Shown: positions 47,440 through 58,206, numbered from the stretch's first letter. The stretch: DNA of 64,000 nt from an uncultured Armatimonadetes bacterium (GCA_963716175.1 OY970296.1:3328001-3392000); one strand, 5' to 3'. Translations and numbers: made by a program. Notes: generated from the sequence alone by a model not told the origin.

Positions 47440-48726
47440 ATGCCGCGGACTCTCAGCAGGGAGGTGGCGGGTCGCGCCGGCGAAGTGGTGACGGTAAAGG
47501 GATGGCTCCACAACGTGCGTGCGCTGGGCGGAGTGACCTTCGCGCTGGTGCGGGATCGCGCCGGCCTGGTGCAGGCAGTGACGGAGAATCCGGCCGACGC
47601 CGATCTGCTGCGCGACCTGGGCGCGGAGTCCGTGGTAGAGGTCTCCGGCGAGGTCGTGCCTGAGCCAAGGGCGGCGATGGGTGTGGAGATCAGGATCGGG
47701 TCGGTGGTCGTGATCTCGCCGGTGCGGCAACCGCCGCCCCTCCAGATCAACAAGGCCAGCTTGCTGGCCGGCCTGGACGCGCAGCTCGATCACCGCGCGC
47801 TCAGCCTGCGCGCTCCCCGTCTGCGCGCCATCTTCCGGGTGCAGCACGAGGTGGCCGCCTCCTTCGCCGAATTCCTGACTGCGCAGGGCTTCACCCGGAT
47901 TCACACCCCGAAGATCGTCTCCGCGGCCGCGGAAGGCGGAGCCGACCTGTTTGCGGTGGACTACTTCGGCCGCACGGTGTATCTGGCGCAGAGCCCACAG
48001 CTCTACAAACAGATCATGGTCGGGGTCTACGAGCGCGTGTTCGAGGTGGCGCCGGCCTATCGCGCGGAGAAGCACGACACCGCCCGGCACACGAACGAGT
48101 TCACCAGCCTGGACCTGGAGATGGGCTTCATCGAGAGCCACGAGGAGGTGATGGCGATGGAGAACGCCTGGCTGCGCCACCTGGCGGGAGCGCTGCGAGA
48201 GCGCTGCGCGAAGGAGTTCCGGCTGCTCGAGGCCGGCGTGCCGGAGGTGCCTGAGCGCATCCCGCGGGTCCGGCTGGCGGAGGTGCAGGAGGCGATCCGC
48301 CGTTGTCAGGGGGAGCCCGACCTGGACCCGGAGGGCGAGCGCCTGGCCTCGGCCTGGGCGCAAGAGCGCCTCGGCTCGGAGTGGCTGTTCGTCACCAACT
48401 ACGGGATAGAGAAGAGGCCTTTCTACACCATGGAGGATCCCGAGCAGCCCGGAACGGCGCGAGGCTTCGACCTGCTGCTGCGAGGGTGGGAGGTGACCAC
48501 TGGCGCGCAGCGCCTCCATCGCGTGGAGGACTACGAGCGGACGCTGCGGGCGCGGGGCATGGACCCCTCACAGTATGAGTTCTATCTGGAGACATTTCGG
48601 TATGGTATGCCGCCTCACGGAGGGCTCGGCGCTGGCCTGGAGCGAATCACCGCGCGGCTGCTGAACCTGTCGAACCTGCGGGAGGCGACACTGTTCCCGC
48701 GAGATCGCAAGCGCGTGTCGCCGTAG
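47440..48726 (+). CDS. aspS: Aspartyl-tRNA synthetase, short archaeal-type (probably non-discriminating)
   Basis: GWLH..R..GG..F...RD OB fold, HTPKI....EGG, YLAQSPQLYKQ, YRAEKH.T.RH.NEF, YGMPPHGG.G.GLER, LFPRD. Confidence 0.93.
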   Translation: MPRTLSREVAGRAGEVVTVKGWLHNVRALGGVTFALVRDRAGLVQAVTENPADADLLRDLGAESVVEVSGEVVPEPRAAMGVEIRIGSVVVISPVRQPPPLQINKASLLAGLDAQLDHRALSLRAPRLRAIFRVQHEVAASFAEFLTAQGFTRIHTPKIVSAAAEGGADLFAVDYFGRTVYLAQSPQLYKQIMVGVYERVFEVAPAYRAEKHDTARHTNEFTSLDLEMGFIESHEEVMAMENAWLRHLAGALRERCAKEFRLLEAGVPEVPERIPRVRLAEVQEAIRRCQGEPDLDPEGERLASAWAQERLGSEWLFVTNYGIEKRPFYTMEDPEQPGTARGFDLLLRGWEVTTGAQRLHRVEDYERTLRARGMDPSQYEFYLETFRYGMPPHGGLGAGLERITARLLNLSNLREATLFPRDRKRVSP

Positions 48727-48893
48727 GCAAGATCGGCCGGCGGGCATGCAAGGCACGCCCGCGCTGCAGCAACGGCCCCGATGCAAGGGGCGAGCGAGTC
48801 TGCTATAATCACCAACACGGCGCCCGCCTTCCGCCGCCGCTGAAGCTATGGCGGACAAGCTGGCGGGCGTGGCCGTTGGAGGAGACTTGGGGC

Positions 48894-51554
48894 ATGACTA
48901 GCCGCCAGCTGCGGCAGAGCTTCCTCGATTTCTTCGCGGGGCACGATCACCACGTGCTGCCAGGCTCGTCTCTGGACCCGGGCCCCCGAGACCGGACTAC
49001 ACTGTTCACCAGCGCGGGGATGCAGCAGTTCGTGCCCTGGTTCCGCGGCCTGGTGCCGGCCGCCTATCCCCGGGTGGTCACCTGCCAGAAGTGCTTGCGC
49101 GCCGATGACATCGAGAACGTCGGCCTCACCCCCTGGCACTGCACCTTCTTCGAGATGCTGGGCAACTTCTCATTCGGTGATTACTTCAAGGAAGGGGCCA
49201 TCGAATACGCCTGGGAGTATGTCACCAAGTGGCTGCAGATCCCCGCCTCGCACCTGTGGATCACGGTCTACCCCGAGGACGAGGAAGCTCCGGACATCTG
49301 GAGACGGGTGTCTGGCCTTCCCCGGGACCGTATCACCAATGACCCGACCAACTTCTGGGCCCTGGCGGCAACCGGGCCCTGCGGCCCAGATACGGAGATC
49401 CACTTCGACCGAGGCGCAGAGTTCGGCTGCGGCCGGCCGGACTGTGACCCGACTTGCAGTTGCTCCCGGTTCACCGAGCTCTGGAACCTGGTATTCCAGA
49501 CCCGCAACCGGACCGAGCAGGGCCAGCTCGAACCCCTCCCCACGCCAGGCATAGACACCGGCATGGGGTTCGAGCGCGTGGCCGCGGTGCTGCAGGAAGC
49601 GCCCTCAATCTACGAGACGGATTTGCTGGCGCCAATTGTGTCGGCGGTGACCGAGATCTCTGGCGGGCGTGGGAACGCCCGCCCTACAACATCGGATGAG
49701 CGCCAGAACCTCGCGGTGAAGGTGATCGCAGAGCACACGCGGGCGCTCGCTTTCCTGCTGGCTGATGGCTTCACGCCCTCGAACGAGGGCGCAGGGTACG
49801 TGGTGCGGCGGGTGCTGCGGCGCGCCTACCGGTTCGGTCGCACGCTAGGGCTGGAGGAGCCGTTTCTGTACCGCCTCGTGCCCTCCGTGATCGGAACTGT
49901 GGGCGACGTCTATCCCGAGCTGCGGACCACCCAAGAGCGGATCACGAGCTGGGTGCAGCAGGAGGAGAAGCAGTTCGAGGAGACGCTGGAGCGGAGCTAC
50001 GCGCCGCTGATGGCGGTGATCGAACGCGCCAAGCAGGCCGGAAGCAAGGTCTTGGCCGGTGAGGACGTTTTCAAGCTCTACGACACCTATGGGATGCCAA
50101 GGGAGCTGGCCGCGGAGATCGCGGCCGAGAATGGCCTGGAGCTGGACGAGGTCGGCTTCGCGCGGGCGATGGAGGAACAGCGACAGCGGGGGCGGGCCCA
50201 TGTCGAGCAGGAGTTCGGGGCCCAGGTGCGCGCCGGGTATCAGGGGTTCGTGGGCAAGACCGAGTTCGTGGGCTATGAGGCCACGACCGCGCCAGGTGTC
50301 GTGGTCGGCATCCTGCGCGGCGGGGAGGCCGTCGAGTCGCTCAAGAGCGGGGAAGAGGGCGAGGTCTTCCTCGATCGCACGCCGTTCTACGGCGAGGCCG
50401 GCGGACAGGTGGGCGACCGCGGGACCTTTGTAGGGCGGGCACGTCTCAGCATGCCCGGCGGAGGCGAGTTGGCCGCTGACGTTCTCGACACCTACTATCC
50501 TGTGGAGGGCGCACACGCGCACCGGGTGCGCGTGCAGCAGGGAGAAGTCCGGGTTGGGCGAGAGGTAGAGGCAGTGGTTGACCGCCCGCGCCGCCAGGCG
50601 ATTGCCCGCGCGCACACCGCCACTCATCTGCTGCACTTCGCGCTGAGACAGGTGCTGGGGCCGCACGCGCTGCAGTCCGGCTCTCTCGTGGAGGCGGATC
50701 GGCTGCGGTTCGACTTCGCCCACTTCGCCGCGCTCACGCCGGAGGAGAAGCAGCGGATAGAGGACGAAGTGAACCGGCTCGTGCTGGAGGACGATGTGCT
50801 CGGCGTGCGGCAGACCAGCATTGAGGAGGCGCGGGCCCAAGGCGCGGTGGCGCTCTTTGGCGAGAAGTACGGCGAGGTGGTGCGCCTGGTTCAGGTCGGC
50901 GACTACAGCAAGGAGCTATGCGGGGGTACGCACCTTGCCAGAACCGCGGCCATCGGCCTGTTCGCCATCACTAGTGAGGGCAGCATCGGGTCCGGGCTGC
51001 GCCGGATCGAGGCCGTGACCGGCAGGGAGGCGCAGGCGCTGGTGGTGCGGCAGAGGGAGATGCTGCTCGCGGCGGCGCACACCCTGGGGGCTCAGCCCGA
51101 GAAGGTGATCGAGCGAGCGGAGGCGCTGCAGGCCGAGCTGCGGCGCGCGCAGCGCGAGATCGCGCGGCTGCAGCAGAGGAGCGCGGGAGCGCTGGCCGGC
51201 AACCTGGTGAAGACCGCGGTCGAGGTGAACGGAGTCAAGCTGCTGACCGCAAGGGTGGAGTTGGCGCCGGAGGCATTGCGCAACCTGGCGGATGACCTCG
51301 TGAGACGCCTGGGGTCCGGGATCGTGGTGCTGGGGTCGGAGTTCGAGGGGCGGGCGCAGTTCGTGAGCGAGGTGTCACAGGACCTGATCCCGGCCGGCTT
51401 CCACGCCGGGAACCTGATCCGGGAGGTGGCGAAGGTGGCCGGTGGCGGTGGGGGAGGAAGGCCCGATTTCGCCCAGGCCGGGGGTAAGAACCCGGAGCGG
51501 CTGGATGAAGCGCTGGCCAAAGCGAGAGAGCTGGTTGCGGCCCGTACCAGGTAG
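48894..51554 (+). CDS. alaS: Alanine--tRNA ligase
   Basis: LFTSAGMQQF, HCTFFEMLGNFSFGDYFK, DTGMGFER, HTATH, ELCGGTH, GGGGGRPDFAQAGG; TGCTATAAT extended -10 at 48801. Confidence 0.97.
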   Translation: MTSRQLRQSFLDFFAGHDHHVLPGSSLDPGPRDRTTLFTSAGMQQFVPWFRGLVPAAYPRVVTCQKCLRADDIENVGLTPWHCTFFEMLGNFSFGDYFKEGAIEYAWEYVTKWLQIPASHLWITVYPEDEEAPDIWRRVSGLPRDRITNDPTNFWALAATGPCGPDTEIHFDRGAEFGCGRPDCDPTCSCSRFTELWNLVFQTRNRTEQGQLEPLPTPGIDTGMGFERVAAVLQEAPSIYETDLLAPIVSAVTEISGGRGNARPTTSDERQNLAVKVIAEHTRALAFLLADGFTPSNEGAGYVVRRVLRRAYRFGRTLGLEEPFLYRLVPSVIGTVGDVYPELRTTQERITSWVQQEEKQFEETLERSYAPLMAVIERAKQAGSKVLAGEDVFKLYDTYGMPRELAAEIAAENGLELDEVGFARAMEEQRQRGRAHVEQEFGAQVRAGYQGFVGKTEFVGYEATTAPGVVVGILRGGEAVESLKSGEEGEVFLDRTPFYGEAGGQVGDRGTFVGRARLSMPGGGELAADVLDTYYPVEGAHAHRVRVQQGEVRVGREVEAVVDRPRRQAIARAHTATHLLHFALRQVLGPHALQSGSLVEADRLRFDFAHFAALTPEEKQRIEDEVNRLVLEDDVLGVRQTSIEEARAQGAVALFGEKYGEVVRLVQVGDYSKELCGGTHLARTAAIGLFAITSEGSIGSGLRRIEAVTGREAQALVVRQREMLLAAAHTLGAQPEKVIERAEALQAELRRAQREIARLQQRSAGALAGNLVKTAVEVNGVKLLTARVELAPEALRNLADDLVRRLGSGIVVLGSEFEGRAQFVSEVSQDLIPAGFHAGNLIREVAKVAGGGGGGRPDFAQAGGKNPERLDEALAKARELVAARTR

Positions 51555-53705
51555 ACGGTGGGGCTGCCTCCAGTTGGCGGCATCGGTCGCGCTGGCGCTG
51601 TCCGTAGTATCTCCGATCTCCGCGGCCCCCCCGCGCGCCGAGGACGTGCCTCGCTATGCTCGCCGGCGCGTGTACGGGGAGAGACCGGGGCCGCGGATGC
51701 TGATCGTCACCCTGGCCGGCGCCACTTGGTCTGATTTCCGCAGCTCGGCCATGCCCAATCTGGGCCGCGTCATCCAGCGGGGCGATGTTGGCCTGATGCC
51801 GGTTGCCAGTCTCTCAGACCCCGACCGGTATCGCACGTACGTTGCCCTGGGTGCGGGGCGCGAGGCCGCGGGGAGCGCGGCTGCCGGGCGGGCCAGGAGA
51901 TTGCCCGACGGCTCCCTCGAAGTGGACGTGGCAGCGATCGCCGGCGCTAATCGGCAAGCCAGAACCGGTGCCACGCCTGGAGTGCTTGGCAGCCAATGGC
52001 ACGATCACGGCCTGACTACGGCGGTGGTTGTCGCCCAGGCGCTTCCCAACGGAGTCGAGACGCCACTTCCCGAGGCCGCGATGGTGATGGACGAGGCCGG
52101 GAGGGTGGATGGCTGGTCGGTGGCAACGGTGATGCCCAATGAGGCGGCCACGGAGCTAGACCGCGCAGCCATCAGGCGCACAGTGGACTCCGCCCTGACT
52201 CAGTACGATGTCGTCGTGCTGGACCTGAGTGGCACCAACAAGAGCGAGGCTCACGGCCGGGTCGGTTCTCCCACTAGCATTGACCGTTACGTCGAGAGGC
52301 GAGAGTGGTATCGCGCCGCCGATGGGATCATCGCCGACGCCGCGGCCGCCATCGCCAAGTACGACGGTCTGCTGGCCGTGCTTGGGCCCGCTGCGCCCGC
52401 CTACTCGGCGCCCTTCCGGAATCGGTCTCTAGGCCCAGTCGTCCTCTACGACAGCTCGCGCAAGGAGCCGGGCGGGCTGCTGTATTCAGTACGCACGCGC
52501 TGGCCGGGGATCGTGACCGCCTCCGATTTCGCTCCCACGGTGCTGGCCTGGTGGCAGATCGAAGGCGCGGGCACGCCGCTGCAGACCAGGCCCGGCGGGC
52601 CTGAGAAGCTGGACCGGCTGGATAGGATGATCGCTGACCGCTATCGTCTCCGGGTCCCGATGGCAGCGGGGTACGGGCTCTATGGGGGGCTGGCCGCGCT
52701 GCTGGGTCTGGCCCTGGCGACACGTCCGCGGCGCTCTAGGGTCGCAGGTGGAGTCGCACTGGGCGTGACACTGGTGCCGCTGGGGCTGGTGATCGCCGCC
52801 CCGATTCCGCCGGGCCAGGACGCCCTCTACCTGCTCGCGTCCGCGGTGATTGCAGTCGGGCTGGGACTGATCGCGGCCTCTGCGACTCGCTCGCCGGCCG
52901 AGGGGCTGGCCGTAGCCTATCTGGTGGGAGCCGCGGTTATCGTCTCGGATGTTCTCCACGGCTCGCCGTTGATGCGGAAGTCCGCGCTCGAGATGGGGCT
53001 GATGATGGGATCCCGGTTCTACGGGATTGGGAACGAGTATATGGGAGCGCTGGTGGGGATGACGGTCATCGGGCTGGGCGCGTGGCTTCAGATGGCGCGG
53101 CGGAGCGGAAAGCTGGTGGCCCTGGTCGGCGCGTTTGTGGTGCTGGTGATCGGGGCCCCGTTCTGGGGCGCGAACTGGGGCGGGTCGGTCACCGCGGCCA
53201 CCGGGATGGTGGCGCTGTGGCTGCTCAGCACGCCTCGCAATACGTGGCGGCAGGTCTTGGGCGGGGCGACCCTGTTGCTGTTGAGCGTGGCGCTGCCGGC
53301 CGCCTTGGACATGATCGCACCGCCGTCGGAGCGCTCTCACATCGGGGCCGCGGCCGGTGCACTGCTCGCAGGCCATGCCGGGAGCCTCGCCGAGACCGTG
53401 GCGCGAAAGGCCGGCCTCGCGCTGCAGGTAGTCAAGACAGTTCCATGGAGCCTGGCGGGCGCGCCGCTGGCGGCGGCGGTGTTCTGGCTGCAGTTGCGCG
53501 CGGGGGGCCGGCACGACGAGCGCTGGGGGCGCAGCGGGCCCTCGCTGCCGGGATCTGGGCGGCGCTGATCGCCGGAGTGGTGGCGATGGTGGTGAACGAT
53601 TCGGGCCCCGGGGCCGGGTTTGGGGCGGTACTGGCAGCGATGGGTGCGGTAGTGTTCCTGGCGGCGCGCGGCCAGAGGTGGCAACGTGATCGCGTTGGGC
53701 ATTGA
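51535..53705 (+). CDS. Alkaline-phosphatase-like extracellular domain plus multi-TM membrane protein; -1 frameshift near 53508
   Basis: G.L.S..TR.PG.V...DFAPT, RFYGIGNE, GAN.GG, SHIG; C-terminal NDSG motif lies in ORF 53082..53705; start uncertain. Confidence 0.7.
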
Positions 53706-54087
53706 TCTGGGAGAGCGGCGAATCGGCATCGCGGTCAGTGACGCACTGGGGATGGCCCATCCCGTGATCGTGATCGAGCATAGCTCGCTGCGGGGGGATA
53801 TCGCCCGGGTGGCAGACCTGGCGGCGAAGAGGAAGGCAGGGATGATCGTGGTTGGCCTGCCGTTGAGCATGGACGGATCGTGGGGGCCAATGACGCGGAG
53901 GGCGAGGCGCTTCGCCAATGCCCTCAGGCGCGCATTGGGGATAGCGGTGGAAATGTGGGATGAGAGGTTGACTACGATAGAGGCGGAATCTCGGATGAAG
54001 GGCGCGGGCCGGCGGCGCGAGGAGATGGATAAGATGGCAGCGGCGGTGATGCTGCAGAGCTACCTGGACGCGCACCGGCAGGCTTAG
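53686..54087 (+). CDS. ruvX: Pre-16S rRNA nuclease / Holliday junction resolvase-like YqgF
   Basis: LGIDLGERRIGIAVSD, VVGLP..MDG, WDERLTT..AE, D..AA...LQSYLD. Confidence 0.93.
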   Translation: MIALGIDLGERRIGIAVSDALGMAHPVIVIEHSSLRGDIARVADLAAKRKAGMIVVGLPLSMDGSWGPMTRRARRFANALRRALGIAVEMWDERLTTIEAESRMKGAGRRREEMDKMAAAVMLQSYLDAHRQA

Positions 54088-54091
54088 CGCG

Positions 54092-55126
54092 ATGAGAGGG
54101 AGGCGCGGGAGAGTTGAGCCGCTGCGGCTGGTGAGCCGGCTGCTCGCGTCCGCGGCGGCGGCGCTGCTGATGGCGGCAGTGGGCTGGGTGCTGCTGGCGC
54201 CGGTGGGCAAGGGGCAACCTCAACTGGTGGTGGTGGCGCCGGGGGAATCGGTCTCGGAGACGGCCTCTCAACTGGGCCAGCAGGGGCTGATTCGCAGCCC
54301 CAGGGTGTTCGCGGCGGCCGCTTATGTGACGGGCAAATGGCGGCGCATTCAGGCCGGGCGCTACGACCTGACTCCCGGCATGAGCGCGATGGAGATGCTG
54401 GACGCGCTCTGCCGGGGCACCCGCAAGGCCTGGCAGTGGGTGACCGTCCCGGAGGGATACACCCTCAGGCAGATCGCGCAGGAGCTAGAGAAGCAGGGGC
54501 TGGTTTCGGCGGCAGAGTTCATCGGCGAGGCGGAGCAGGGGCAAGATCCGGACCCTCGGTTTGCGCATCCCGCGGGGAGCCTGGAAGGCTACCTGTTCCC
54601 GGACACCTACCGCGTGGATGTAGGGGAGACCGCGGCCGACATCGCGGGGCAGATGCTGCGCCGGTTCGGCCAGGTGGTCGCGCAGGGCATGTTTCATAGC
54701 AAGCCGACCTATGGAGATCGCAGCTTGCGGGAGATCGTGATCCTGGCCTCCCTGGTGGAGGCGGAGGCGAAGAGAGAGAAGGAGCGGCCGCTGATCGCGG
54801 GAGTGCTGATGAATCGGCTGCGGCGAGGCATGAAGCTGGAGTGTGATGCTACGGTGCAGTTCGCGCTGGGAGACGGCCGCAAGTCCCGGCTGACGCACGA
54901 GGACCTGCTGATCGACAGCGAGTACAATACCTACCGGCATCCCGGTCTGCCCCCCGGACCGATCTGCAACCCGGGAGAGGCCAGCCTCCGCGCGGCGATG
55001 GATCCCGCCAGGGTGCGCTATCTCTACTACGTGGCGCGCGATGATGGGTCCCATGTGTTCAGCGAGACCTTCGCGCAACACCAGGCCGCGATCGTGCGGG
55101 TGCGCAGGGGAGATCAAGGGCAGTGA
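54092..55126 (+). CDS. mltG: Endolytic transglycosylase
   Basis: TVPEG.T, LEGYLFPDTY, LASLVE.E, NRL..GM.L..DAT, YNTY...GLPPGPICNPG, YLYYV. Confidence 0.93.
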   Translation: MRGRRGRVEPLRLVSRLLASAAAALLMAAVGWVLLAPVGKGQPQLVVVAPGESVSETASQLGQQGLIRSPRVFAAAAYVTGKWRRIQAGRYDLTPGMSAMEMLDALCRGTRKAWQWVTVPEGYTLRQIAQELEKQGLVSAAEFIGEAEQGQDPDPRFAHPAGSLEGYLFPDTYRVDVGETAADIAGQMLRRFGQVVAQGMFHSKPTYGDRSLREIVILASLVEAEAKREKERPLIAGVLMNRLRRGMKLECDATVQFALGDGRKSRLTHEDLLIDSEYNTYRHPGLPPGPICNPGEASLRAAMDPARVRYLYYVARDDGSHVFSETFAQHQAAIVRVRRGDQGQ

Positions 55127-55968
55127 CCCAGTGGCCCACGAGAACCGGACCGCCCGCGGCTCCTCCCAGCAGGGAGATGTGGCCCACCCACCGGCGGCCG
55201 CGCCGCGCCCTGATGCCGCAAGTGCTGCAGCTCATCGCCATCCTGGTGTTCCTGGTAGCCGCTTACGAGCTCGCGGTGTGGGGCTGGGAGAGGACAGCGC
55301 CCAGGGAGGTGAACGTGCCGCGCATCGTTGGCCTCCAGCAGAAGGAGGCGATGTTGCTGCTCGACGGCGCGGGGCTGACCGGGGAGGTGATCGCCGAGAA
55401 GGCGAGCGAGAAGGCGAAGGAGGGGGTGGTGCTGTCGGCCGAGCCTGGGCCGGGCAGGAGTGTGAAGGCCGGGCGGATCGTGCGCCTCACCGTGAGTTCG
55501 GGATCGCGCTGGGCGAAGGTGCCCGATGTCAGCGACATGTCAGTGGATCGCGCGCGGGCGCTGCTGCGAGAGGCGAAGTTGGTGGTCCGCCGGGAGAAGG
55601 CGCGCTATCATCCCAAGGTGCCGGTGGGATACGTGCTGGGGCAGCAGCCCGCGCCGGGCGAGAGAGTGCCGCGGGGGACGGAGGTGGATCTGGTGGTGAG
55701 CAAGGGCCCGCAGCCCGAGACGGAGGTGGCGGAGGAAAGGCCCGCCGACGAAGGGGTGCGAAGCACCGACATTGAGCTGACTGTGCCCCCGGGCGCCAGC
55801 CTTCAGGAAGTGAGGATCGTAGTGGTGGATAAGGGGGGCGAGCACGTGGTGCTCCGGGAGTATCGCCAGCCTGGGGAGAAGGTGACGCAGACGGTCTCGG
55901 GCGAGGGGCCCAGTGTGGTGGTGCGAGTCTACCTCAGCGGCCTGCTGGTGCAAGAGAAGACGATCTGA
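55123..55968 (+). CDS. Membrane-anchored PASTA-domain protein
   Basis: TM helix then two PASTA repeats (VP.IVG...A...L...GL; VPDV....A..LL...L, Q.P.PG, V.LVVSKG). Confidence 0.88.
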   Translation: MTQWPTRTGPPAAPPSREMWPTHRRPRRALMPQVLQLIAILVFLVAAYELAVWGWERTAPREVNVPRIVGLQQKEAMLLLDGAGLTGEVIAEKASEKAKEGVVLSAEPGPGRSVKAGRIVRLTVSSGSRWAKVPDVSDMSVDRARALLREAKLVVRREKARYHPKVPVGYVLGQQPAPGERVPRGTEVDLVVSKGPQPETEVAEERPADEGVRSTDIELTVPPGASLQEVRIVVVDKGGEHVVLREYRQPGEKVTQTVSGEGPSVVVRVYLSGLLVQEKTI

Positions 55969-56032
55969 GGTCCGGCAACAGCCCCGCCCCTGCTGTGTGG
56001 GGGTAGGCTGCGAGCGTGGCACGCGGGAGACC

Positions 56033-58192
56033 ATGGCCAGCTATCGCATCGGGATTGATGTCGGCGGCACCTTCACTCATGCGGTGGCGCTGGAGGCGGC
56101 GAGCTTCGGGCTCGCCGCCCAAGTTAAGGTCCCCACCACACACCGCGCGGCGCGGGGCGTGGCCGAGGGTGTGATCCAGGCGCTGCGCTTGCTGCTGGAT
56201 GAGTCCAGGATCTCCCCGGCCGATATCAGCTTCCTCGCCTACAGCACGACGCAGATCACGAACGCCCTGCTGGAGGGCGATGTGGCGCCTGTGGGCATTA
56301 TTGCCCTGGGATCGGGGCTGGAGGGCAGACGCGCCGCGGGGGAGACACGCGTCGGCGACCTGGAGCTGGCGCCGGGCCGGCGGCTGCGAACAGCCCACAC
56401 TTATCTCGACCGCGATAAGCTGGACGAGAGCTTGGTCCGGGCGGCGATCTCAGAGGTGAGCAGCCAAGGCGCAGCGGCAATCGTGGCGGCGGAAGCGTTC
56501 TCGGTGGATGATCCCTCGCGGGAGCAGTTGGTGATGGGTGCGGCGCGCGCCGCGGGTCTGCCGGCCACCGGCACTCATGAGATCTCGGGTCTGTACGGCC
56601 TAAGGGTGCGCACTCGCACTGCGGTGATCAACGCCAGCTTGCTGCCTGAGAGCATTGCCACGGCCGACCTGACGGAAATGGCCGCCCGAGAGGCCGGCAT
56701 TACCGCGCCCTTGATGGTGGTGAGAAGCGATGGCGGGGTGATGACGATTGGCGATATGCGGCGGCGGCCCTTGCTGACATTGCTGTCCGGACCGGCGGCG
56801 GGGGTGGCGGCGGCGCTGATGTACGTGCGGGTGAGCGATGGTATCTTCCTGGAGGTGGGTGGCACCAGCACGGACATCACCGCGATTCAGCACGGGAGAG
56901 CACTGCTGCGCACGGCCGAGGTGGGAGGGCACCGGCTGTTCCTGCGGACACTGGATGTGCGCACCATCGGCGTGGCGGGCGGCTCCATGCCCCGGGTGCA
57001 TGCGGGTGCGGTGGCGGAGGTGGGCCCTCGCAGCGCGCATCTGGCCGGGCTGCGGTATGCCTGCTTCGGCAGGCCCGAAGAGCTGGCCCGAGGTGGAGAG
57101 CTGCGGGCTGTGCTGCTGTCTCCGGTGGAGGGCGATCCACCCGATTACGCCGCGCTCGAGAATGGGGCCGGCGAGCGCGCGGCGGCCACGCTGACCTGCG
57201 CCGCGAACGCGGCCGGGCGAGTGCCGGAGGGGGATTGGGCGCGGGGCGACGCGCAGTCCGCGCAGATGGCGCTGGCCGCGCTGGGAAAACTCGTGGGCGA
57301 GACCGGAGAGCAGGCCGCGCAATCGGTGATGGAGGTAGCGGCGGCGAAAGCGGCGCGCACAGTGGAGGCACTGCTGGCCGACCGCGGGATGAGCCGGGAC
57401 ACCACCTGGCTGGTGGCGGGTGGCGGCGGGGCCAGCGCGCTGGTTCCGGCGCTAGGGAAGGGGCTCGGTTTGCCGGTTCGCCTGGCCGCGAACGCGGCAG
57501 TGGTCTCGGCGATAGGGACGGCGCTGGCGATGGTGCGGGAGGTAGTAGAACGGACCGTGCCGCAGGCGGGGGAGGTGGAGGTGCTGCAGATCAGGCGGGA
57601 GGCCGCGGAGGGGGCGGTGCGGGCCGGCGCCGACCCGGACAGCGTGACCGTAGAGGTCGAATACGATGCTCGCACTGCGGTGCTGCGTGCGGTTGCCACC
57701 GGTCAGACGGAGCTGCGAGAGCGTGACCTCGCCCAGGCCGCGGCGAGCGACGAGGAACGGCTGGCCGCGGCGGCGAATTCAATGCGGCTCGAGCCAGGTG
57801 AAGTGGAAGTGGTGGCGGACAGCGGCCTGCTGCGCGCCTATCATGGTCGGAGAGAGCGCAAGCGGTTGCTCGGGTTGCTGAAACGGCACGATCGACGGCT
57901 CGCGCTGGTAGACGAGCAAGGAGTGGTGCGGCTGGTGCTGTCGGGAGCGACGGCGCGGGTTTGCGAAGCCGGCACCGGCCGAGAGGCCATCGCCGAGGCG
58001 CTGGAGGAGCATACCAGGTACGGCGATGCAGGAGCGGAGCTGCCGCGGCTCTTCCTGGGAGTGCGGGGCCGCGTGGTCAACCTGTCCGGCCTGGTCAGCG
58101 CGGCCCAGGTGCTGGCGCTTGCTCAGGCAGAGACCGCCAGTCTGGCGCAGGACGAGCAGGTGATGGTGGTGGCGGCGGCGCGGGGGCGCTGA
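56033..58192 (+). CDS. Hydantoinase/oxoprolinase (HyuA-like) family protein
   Basis: IGIDVGGTFTH, STT..TNALLEG, RT.TAVINA, LSGPAAG, EVGGTSTDI, G.AGGS, VGPRSA. Confidence 0.88.
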   Translation: MASYRIGIDVGGTFTHAVALEAASFGLAAQVKVPTTHRAARGVAEGVIQALRLLLDESRISPADISFLAYSTTQITNALLEGDVAPVGIIALGSGLEGRRAAGETRVGDLELAPGRRLRTAHTYLDRDKLDESLVRAAISEVSSQGAAAIVAAEAFSVDDPSREQLVMGAARAAGLPATGTHEISGLYGLRVRTRTAVINASLLPESIATADLTEMAAREAGITAPLMVVRSDGGVMTIGDMRRRPLLTLLSGPAAGVAAALMYVRVSDGIFLEVGGTSTDITAIQHGRALLRTAEVGGHRLFLRTLDVRTIGVAGGSMPRVHAGAVAEVGPRSAHLAGLRYACFGRPEELARGGELRAVLLSPVEGDPPDYAALENGAGERAAATLTCAANAAGRVPEGDWARGDAQSAQMALAALGKLVGETGEQAAQSVMEVAAAKAARTVEALLADRGMSRDTTWLVAGGGGASALVPALGKGLGLPVRLAANAAVVSAIGTALAMVREVVERTVPQAGEVEVLQIRREAAEGAVRAGADPDSVTVEVEYDARTAVLRAVATGQTELRERDLAQAAASDEERLAAAANSMRLEPGEVEVVADSGLLRAYHGRRERKRLLGLLKRHDRRLALVDEQGVVRLVLSGATARVCEAGTGREAIAEALEEHTRYGDAGAELPRLFLGVRGRVVNLSGLVSAAQVLALAQAETASLAQDEQVMVVAAARGR

Positions 58193-58206
58193 CCGCAAGG
58201 CCGAAG

